Assembly: GCA_050253415.1 (NCBI GenBank)
Contig: JBFWJC010000004.1
Span: 224,001 to 288,000 of the forward strand
Direction: 5' to 3'
Origin: Pedobacter sp.
Lineage (GTDB): Bacteria; Desulfobacterota; Desulfuromonadia; Desulfuromonadales; Syntrophotaleaceae
Length of the DNA stretch: 64,000 bases
Position 1 is the first letter of the stretch. The number at the start of each line of letters is the position of its first letter. Under the pieces are notes generated by a model. That model did not search any database. It had not been told where the DNA came from and saw only the letters and a list, made by a program, of their open reading frames with translations. Both the position numbers and the translations under genes were made by a program. Below, piece after piece: positions 59,307 to 64,000 of the stretch.

Positions 59307-60137
59307 ATGTGCCAGTTACTCGGCATGAACTGCAACGTACCGACCGATATCTGTTTTTCCTTCACCGGTTTCCGGAAGCGCGGCGGTGCGACCGATGTGC
59401 ATTCGGACGGCTGGGGGATCGGTTTCTTCGAAGGCAAAGGGGTACGGCTGTTTGTCGATCCGCAAGCGTCGGCCGAATCGACCATCGCCGAACTGGTGCG
59501 CAGCTACCCCATCCACTCCCTGAATGTTGTTGCGCATATCCGCAAGGCCACCCAGGGAGTGACCAGCCTGGAAAACACCCATCCCTTCATGCGCGAGCTG
59601 TGGGGCCGCTACTGGCTGTTTGCCCACAACGGCAACCTGCCGCAATTTCAGCCGCAGCTGGACGGCAGTTTCGTACCGGTGGGCAATACCGACAGTGAAC
59701 GGATTTTCTGCTGGCTGCTACAGAGCCTGCGCCAGCGTTTCGGAACCACGGCGCCGCAGCGACGGGAGCTTTTCGGCGCCATTGGCGAACTGACCCTGCC
59801 GCTGGCCGGCATGGGAATCTTCAACTACCTGCTATCCAACGGCGACAGCCTGGTGGCGCACTGCTCCACCGAATTGAGCTATATCATCCGCTGCGCACCG
59901 TTTGCCGAAGCGCATCTCAAGGATGAGGATATCAATATCGATTTCAGCCAGGTGACGAACCCCGAAGACAGGGTGGCGGTCATCGCGACCCTGCCCCTGA
60001 CCGACAACGAACCCTGGGTCAACATGCGCCCGGGCACCCTGTGGATGTTCCACGACGGACAGGTCATCGCCCAACAGGACACGATCCCCAGCCCGGTCAA
60101 GTCGCTGGCCGAATCCCTCGATGCGGCGTTGCAATGA
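59307..60137 (+). CDS. yafJ: Class II glutamine amidotransferase-like protein (YafJ)
   Basis: MCQLLGMN N-terminal Cys, HSDGWG, HIRKAT, NTHPF, HNG, GNTDSE. Confidence 0.9.
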   Translation: MCQLLGMNCNVPTDICFSFTGFRKRGGATDVHSDGWGIGFFEGKGVRLFVDPQASAESTIAELVRSYPIHSLNVVAHIRKATQGVTSLENTHPFMRELWGRYWLFAHNGNLPQFQPQLDGSFVPVGNTDSERIFCWLLQSLRQRFGTTAPQRRELFGAIGELTLPLAGMGIFNYLLSNGDSLVAHCSTELSYIIRCAPFAEAHLKDEDINIDFSQVTNPEDRVAVIATLPLTDNEPWVNMRPGTLWMFHDGQVIAQQDTIPSPVKSLAESLDAALQ

Positions 60138-60144
60138 GATTGCA

Positions 60145-60856
60145 AAGGCGTTTATTAAATCCAGCAGCACCGGTCCCGGCGACGGCTGTGCTGCGAGCTG
60201 TGCGCTCCACCTCCGCCGGCAAATGAAGCCAGACGAAGACGCGCCGTTTGTCCTTTTTCGACAAGGAGCGTCGGGGCAAGCTTCTTCGCGGCAGACATAA
60301 CGGCGAAGCCAGACCTTACGTCCTTTCTTTGCTTACTTTCTTTAGACGGGTAAAGAAAGTAAGCCGGCTGCCGGCCGGGACCGGCGAACTTGATGTTAAG
60401 GTTTCGAAACTTTCAAACACCATCAAGACCGCGGGGTCGCGCCCCTTTCCTGGCCCGCCTACGGCGGGGTCCCTGCGCTGCGCAACCGCCGGGCGGGCAG
60501 GAAGAGATTCGCTGCGCTCAGTCTTCCGCCTATTTCGCCCGCCGGCCGCTCCACTCCGGCTGCGTCACAGGGGATAAACGGCAAGAGCAAAAATAATCGC
60601 AAAAGCGTTTAAAAAAAACTAGCAGCGCCGGTTCCAGCAACAGCTGCGCGGCGAGCTGTGCGCTCCACCTTCGCTGGCAAATGAAGCCCAACGCAGACGC
60701 GCCGCCTGTTCTTTCTCGGTAAGGTGCGTCTAGCCAAGCTCCTTCGTGACAGACATAATGGCGAAGCCAGACCCTGCGTCCTTTCTTTGCTTACTTTCTT
60801 TAGACGGGTAAAGAAAGTAAGCCGGCTGCCGGCCGGGACCGGCGAACTTGATGTTA
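60145..60856 (-). repeat. About 1.5 inverted units of the structured repeat
   Basis: Anchors near 60385 and 60843; one hairpin module is missing. Confidence 0.9.
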
Positions 60857-61038
60857 AAACTTTTTGCACCAGGCTCGAACTTCAATACAGCAAATTCACA
60901 GTGGATAATCGTTGTAGCCGTTTACAAAACCTTGCGGCACCCAACAAATCTGTTGCAAATCAAACGTATATGCTTCATATACAGATGCTTTTCTTCAACA
61001 CCGTCCCGATCTGCGGCACGTCCGCATAAGGCAAATTT

Positions 61039-61491
61039 ATGAAACTGGAAATTGGCTGGCGCGAATGGCTGGCACTGCCCGAGCTGGGGATACCCGCCAT
61101 CAAGGCCAAGGTCGATACCGGCGCACGCACCTCAGCCCTGCACGCATTTTTTATCGAACCGTTCGAAAGAGACGGGAAGGAGCATGTCCGCTTCGGGCTG
61201 CACCCCCTACAACGCCGCACCGACATCGAGAAGATTTGCGAGGCGCCGGTCAAGGATCGCAGGATTGTAACCGACAGCGGCGGACACCGGGAATCGCGTT
61301 ATATTATCGAAACCATGGTTTGCTTCAGGGAGTATCACTGGCCGATTGAAATCACCCTGACAAATCGCGAAACCATGTTGTTTCGCATGTTGTTGGGGAG
61401 ATCGGCCATGGCCGGACGATTCTATGTCGACCCGGCCGCGTCTTATCTGGGGGGCCGTCACCATGGCAAAATCTACACGCAGGAAGGTTGA
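61039..61491 (+). CDS. RimK-associated putative aspartic protease (RimB-like)
   Basis: [21 protein letters not shown]. Confidence 0.85.
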   Translation: MKLEIGWREWLALPELGIPAIKAKVDTGARTSALHAFFIEPFERDGKEHVRFGLHPLQRRTDIEKICEAPVKDRRIVTDSGGHRESRYIIETMVCFREYHWPIEITLTNRETMLFRMLLGRSAMAGRFYVDPAASYLGGRHHGKIYTQEG

Positions 61492-61493
61492 CA

Positions 61494-62399
61494 ATGAAAA
61501 TCGGAATTTTATCGCGGAACCCTGAGCTGTACTCAACCCGAAAGCTGTATGAAGCCGCCGTCATCCGTGGTCACCAGGCCCGGGTTATCGACCCGCTGCT
61601 CTGCTATATGACCATCGCCTCCGAGCGCCCGACCATTCACTACAAGGGCGACGAATTGACCGGCTTTGATGCCATCATCCCCCGCATCGGCGCCTCCATC
61701 ACCTTTTACGGAACGGCAGTAGTGCGGCAGTTTGAAATGATGAAGGTCTACAGTGTCAACGAATCGGTGGCTATCAGCCGCTCCCGGGACAAACTGCGCA
61801 GTCTGCAGCTGTTGTCCCGCAAGGGGATCGGCCTGCCGGTTACCGGATTTGCCCATTCGACCAAATATACCCAGGATTTGATTTCCCGGGTAGGCGGCGC
61901 GCCGCTGGTGGTCAAATTGCTGGAAGGCACACAGGGAATCGGGGTGGTTCTGGCCGAGACGCAAAAAGCGGCCGAAAGCGTTATCGAAGCATTCAAGGGC
62001 TTGAAAGAGCAGATCCTGGTGCAGGAATTCATCCATGAAGCCGGTGCCGCCGACATACGTTGCCTGGTGGTGGGCGATAAAGTCGTGGCGGCCATGAAAC
62101 GCCAGGGCGCCGAAGGCGAATTCCGCTCCAACATTCATCGCGGCGGAAAAGCATCGATCATCCGCCTCTCCCCGGAAGAGCGGGCCACCGCCGTGCGCTC
62201 GGCCCGTATCATGGGACTTAACGTGGCCGGGGTCGATATCCTGCAGTCTCACCGTGGCCCGATCGTCATGGAGGTCAACTCGTCGCCGGGTCTGGAAGGG
62301 ATCGAAACAGCCACGGGCCTGGATGTTGCCGACAAGATCATCCAGTTTATCGAAAAGCATACCAAACCGGGCAAGACCAAAACCCGTGGCAAAGGTTGA
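61494..62399 (+). CDS. rimK: RimK alpha-L-glutamate ligase
   Basis: [38 protein letters not shown]. Confidence 0.95.
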   Translation: MKIGILSRNPELYSTRKLYEAAVIRGHQARVIDPLLCYMTIASERPTIHYKGDELTGFDAIIPRIGASITFYGTAVVRQFEMMKVYSVNESVAISRSRDKLRSLQLLSRKGIGLPVTGFAHSTKYTQDLISRVGGAPLVVKLLEGTQGIGVVLAETQKAAESVIEAFKGLKEQILVQEFIHEAGAADIRCLVVGDKVVAAMKRQGAEGEFRSNIHRGGKASIIRLSPEERATAVRSARIMGLNVAGVDILQSHRGPIVMEVNSSPGLEGIETATGLDVADKIIQFIEKHTKPGKTKTRGKG

Positions 62400-62400
62400 C

Positions 62401-63429
62401 ATGCAGGAGCCTCTCGCTATCGGGGATACGATCATTCAGGCAGGGCAACGCACTACGGTTGCCCTGCCGATGGCCAAACTCTACACCCACACCGATATGA
62501 CCCTCACGGCCCACGTGATTCATGGGCGCAAACCGGGGCCGCGACTGTTTATCTGCTCCACCTTGCATGGCGATGAAATCAACGGCATCGAAATTGTCCG
62601 TCAGGTGCTCAAACGCAAAGATATCAACAACCTGCATGGCACCCTGATCGCTATTCCGGTGGTCAACAGTTTCGGATTCATCCAGCGCAGCCGTTACCTC
62701 CCCGACCACCGTGATTTGAACCGCTCCTTCCCCGGCTCGGAAAAGGGGTCGCTTGGTTCGAGGCTGGCGGCGCTGTTCCTAAAAGAAATTGTCGCAGGCT
62801 GTACCCACGGCATCGATCTGCACACAGGGTCGAATCATCGGTTTAACCTGCCCCAGGTTCGCGCCTGCCTGGATGATCCGGAAACCGAGCGCCTGGCGCA
62901 TGCCTTCGGTGCGCCGGTGGTTATCAATTCCCATGTACGCGACGGTTCGCTACGGGCGGCCATGGCCGACATGGGAATCACCGTGCTGCTGTACGAATCG
63001 GGGGAAGCCTTCCGCTTCGACGATCTGTCGATCCGCACCGGCGTCAAAGGGATCGTCTCGGTGATGCGCGCTATCGGCATGCTCCCACCGAAGACGGCGA
63101 CACCTACCCAAGCGATCTTCAAGGCCCATTCCTCCAAATGGGTGCGCGCGCCGATCAGCGGCATGCTCACAAAATCGGTGAAGACGGGGAAAATGGTCGC
63201 CAAAGGGGATATCCTGGGCAATGTATGTGATCCCTTCGGGGAAAACGAGAGGACCGTGTGCGCGCCGCTTTCAGGCCTGGTTATCGGCCGACTCAACATG
63301 CCGCTGGTCTACCAGGGCGATGCCCTTTTTCATTTAGCCACCCGGGAAGAAGAAGCGGACGCCGCTCAAAATCAGGAAGAAGTGGTTTCACCCCTGGGAC
63401 AGGAAGATTTCTGGCCGGCACACAGATGA
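62401..63429 (+). CDS. Succinylglutamate desuccinylase/aspartoacylase family (M14) protein
   Basis: HGDEING, DLNRSFPG, IDLHTG. Confidence 0.88.
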   Translation: MQEPLAIGDTIIQAGQRTTVALPMAKLYTHTDMTLTAHVIHGRKPGPRLFICSTLHGDEINGIEIVRQVLKRKDINNLHGTLIAIPVVNSFGFIQRSRYLPDHRDLNRSFPGSEKGSLGSRLAALFLKEIVAGCTHGIDLHTGSNHRFNLPQVRACLDDPETERLAHAFGAPVVINSHVRDGSLRAAMADMGITVLLYESGEAFRFDDLSIRTGVKGIVSVMRAIGMLPPKTATPTQAIFKAHSSKWVRAPISGMLTKSVKTGKMVAKGDILGNVCDPFGENERTVCAPLSGLVIGRLNMPLVYQGDALFHLATREEEADAAQNQEEVVSPLGQEDFWPAHR

Positions 63430-63442
63430 TAAGGACAACTCC

Positions 63443-63607
63443 ATGATCACGAAAGTAACAACAATGCTTTCCGTCTCTCTCGGCGGATCGGCAGGTTGGT
63501 GGCTCGGTGCAAAAGTCGGCTTCATGACCGGCTATTTTCTTGCCGTATTCGGAGCCTCCGCAGGTCTCTACCTGGGCCGACAATTCGGACGCAACTTCCT
63601 GGACTGA
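63443..63607 (+). CDS. 54-aa Gly-rich membrane protein
   Basis: AAGGA RBS; MITKVTTMLSVSLGGSAGWWLGAKVGFMTGYFLAVFGASAGLYLGRQFGRNFLD*. Confidence 0.65.
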   Translation: MITKVTTMLSVSLGGSAGWWLGAKVGFMTGYFLAVFGASAGLYLGRQFGRNFLD

Positions 63608-63809
63608 TCTTGACTTGCGGTCTCCGGTGAAAAATTCCTGAAAAAACCATCGTCTATTCTTTTTATTCTTTTTGCGTTACCATCCGCGCCATTTCGTTTT
63701 GGTTGACGGTATCGTCTTCCTTTTTTCCTCTATATCTCCGCCGACACCTGGACTCAATTAAGCCCTCGCTGCCGACGGACATTTTCAACCTTAATCTCGG
63801 GGGTTGGCT

Positions 63810-64000
63810 ATGTCCACTTCGTCGCTTGTACCCAAGCTCGTCACCGTTTTGCGGGAGGGCTATTCCCGCCACCAGTTTGCCAACGACCTGCTCGCCGGCC
63901 TGATCGTCGGAGTCGTGGCTTTGCCGCTGGCCATCGCCTTTGCCATCGCTTCGGGGGTCAAACCCGAACAAGGTTTGTATACCGCGGTGGTGGCCGGGTT
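63810..64000 (+). CDS. SulP family permease, N-terminal part (runs off the window)
   Basis: DLLAGLIVGVVALPLAIAFAIASGVKPEQGLYTA. Confidence 0.88.
   Translation, partial: MSTSSLVPKLVTVLREGYSRHQFANDLLAGLIVGVVALPLAIAFAIASGVKPEQGLYTAVVAG

Overview
Bacterial chromosome segment. Gene content and repeat style suggest a Desulfuromonadales-type deltaproteobacterium (Pelobacter/Syntrophotalea-like); this is inference, not verified. About 1-37 kb is a mosaic accessory region: transporters (ClC, SulP-USP, APC), RhlE, CreD, an omptin, a 7TM kinase/LuxR pair, a GC-rich yedF-csd-DUF3343/selD-transglutaminase block, c-di-GMP enzymes, Y1/RAYT-like transposase remnants and a decayed inverted-integrase integron with two AT-rich cassettes (one with a HEPN-type RxxxxH motif). 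About 37-58.6 kb holds three minus-strand lipid-related transcription units whose promoters share 11-bp-periodic (Pho-box-like) repeats at the same distance from a -10 box: (i) an uncharacterised operon of a putative GCS/PafA-fold ligase, a PSD-type decarboxylase, an Lgt-like transferase and DUF2062; (ii) PAP2-MCP; (iii) OlsF-like acyltransferase, two small ORFs, GT4 and EAL-CBS-GGDEF. An ECF sigma cassette with a repeated promoter motif lies between them. About ten copies of a ~500-bp structured non-coding repeat occur in four clusters (42.4-44.9, 49.0-50.0, 58.6-59.2 and 60.1-60.9 kb). The window ends with yafJ, rimB-like/rimK/ASPA and a partial SulP. No rRNA, tRNA or CRISPR was seen. All family calls come from motif reading only.
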